Positions 54,052 through 54,059 of a stretch of 54,059 bases of DNA are shown here, one piece after another (position 1 is the stretch's first letter; the number at the start of each line of letters is the position of its first letter). Below the pieces are notes generated by a model, which saw only the letters and a list, made by a program, of their open reading frames with translations, did not search any database and was not told where the DNA came from. Position numbers and translations under genes: made by a program. Where the stretch lies: IMG/VR virus record IMGVR_UViG_3300030107_001798, positions 1-54,059 of that record. The stretch is one strand, 5' to 3'. The DNA comes from a virus. Lineage: Duplodnaviria; Caudoviricetes.

Positions 54052-54059
54052 TATTAAAT

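Noticed and set aside
1-54059. Genome-wide stop codon reassignment
   Set aside because: Long genes are intact in the standard code, and TGA and TAG end ordinary genes (e.g. 9937, 12375, 43054)

Overview
This looks like a complete or nearly complete 54 kb AT-rich (roughly 30% GC by eye) podovirus-type phage genome, with bases 1-57 repeated at 53995-54051. The + strand arm (53641-end, then 1-13053) holds small early genes interleaved with at least eight stem-closed structured RNA elements. It continues with a Cas4-like exonuclease/Rad52-Sak/SSB module, DUF932, a D12-class adenine methyltransferase, DnaB helicase and a RuvC-like resolvase. I recognised no DNA polymerase, primase, integrase or tRNA. 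The - strand arm (53420-13105) holds TerS, a metallophosphoesterase, an SNase, TerL, an M15 endolysin, portal, scaffold, major capsid, neck/tail/fibre genes, a lysis-type membrane cluster and five internal virion proteins. The main finding is the 2888-aa internal virion protein, which carries two-barrel RNA polymerase motifs (RRNP...GDYDADK plus upstream Asp/Lys motifs). It is a probable crAss/QDE-1-like virion-packaged RNA polymerase in a small phage whose Shine-Dalgarno and promoter signals point to a non-Bacteroidota host. Other notable signals are the structured RNA set (including a ~190-nt multi-junction RNA and an anti-SD switch), a recurring TAAATT -10 promoter class, apparent GATC depletion despite a Dam-family gene, and an in-frame TGA followed by a hairpin. 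All calls come from reading motifs by eye; no searches or folding programs were run.
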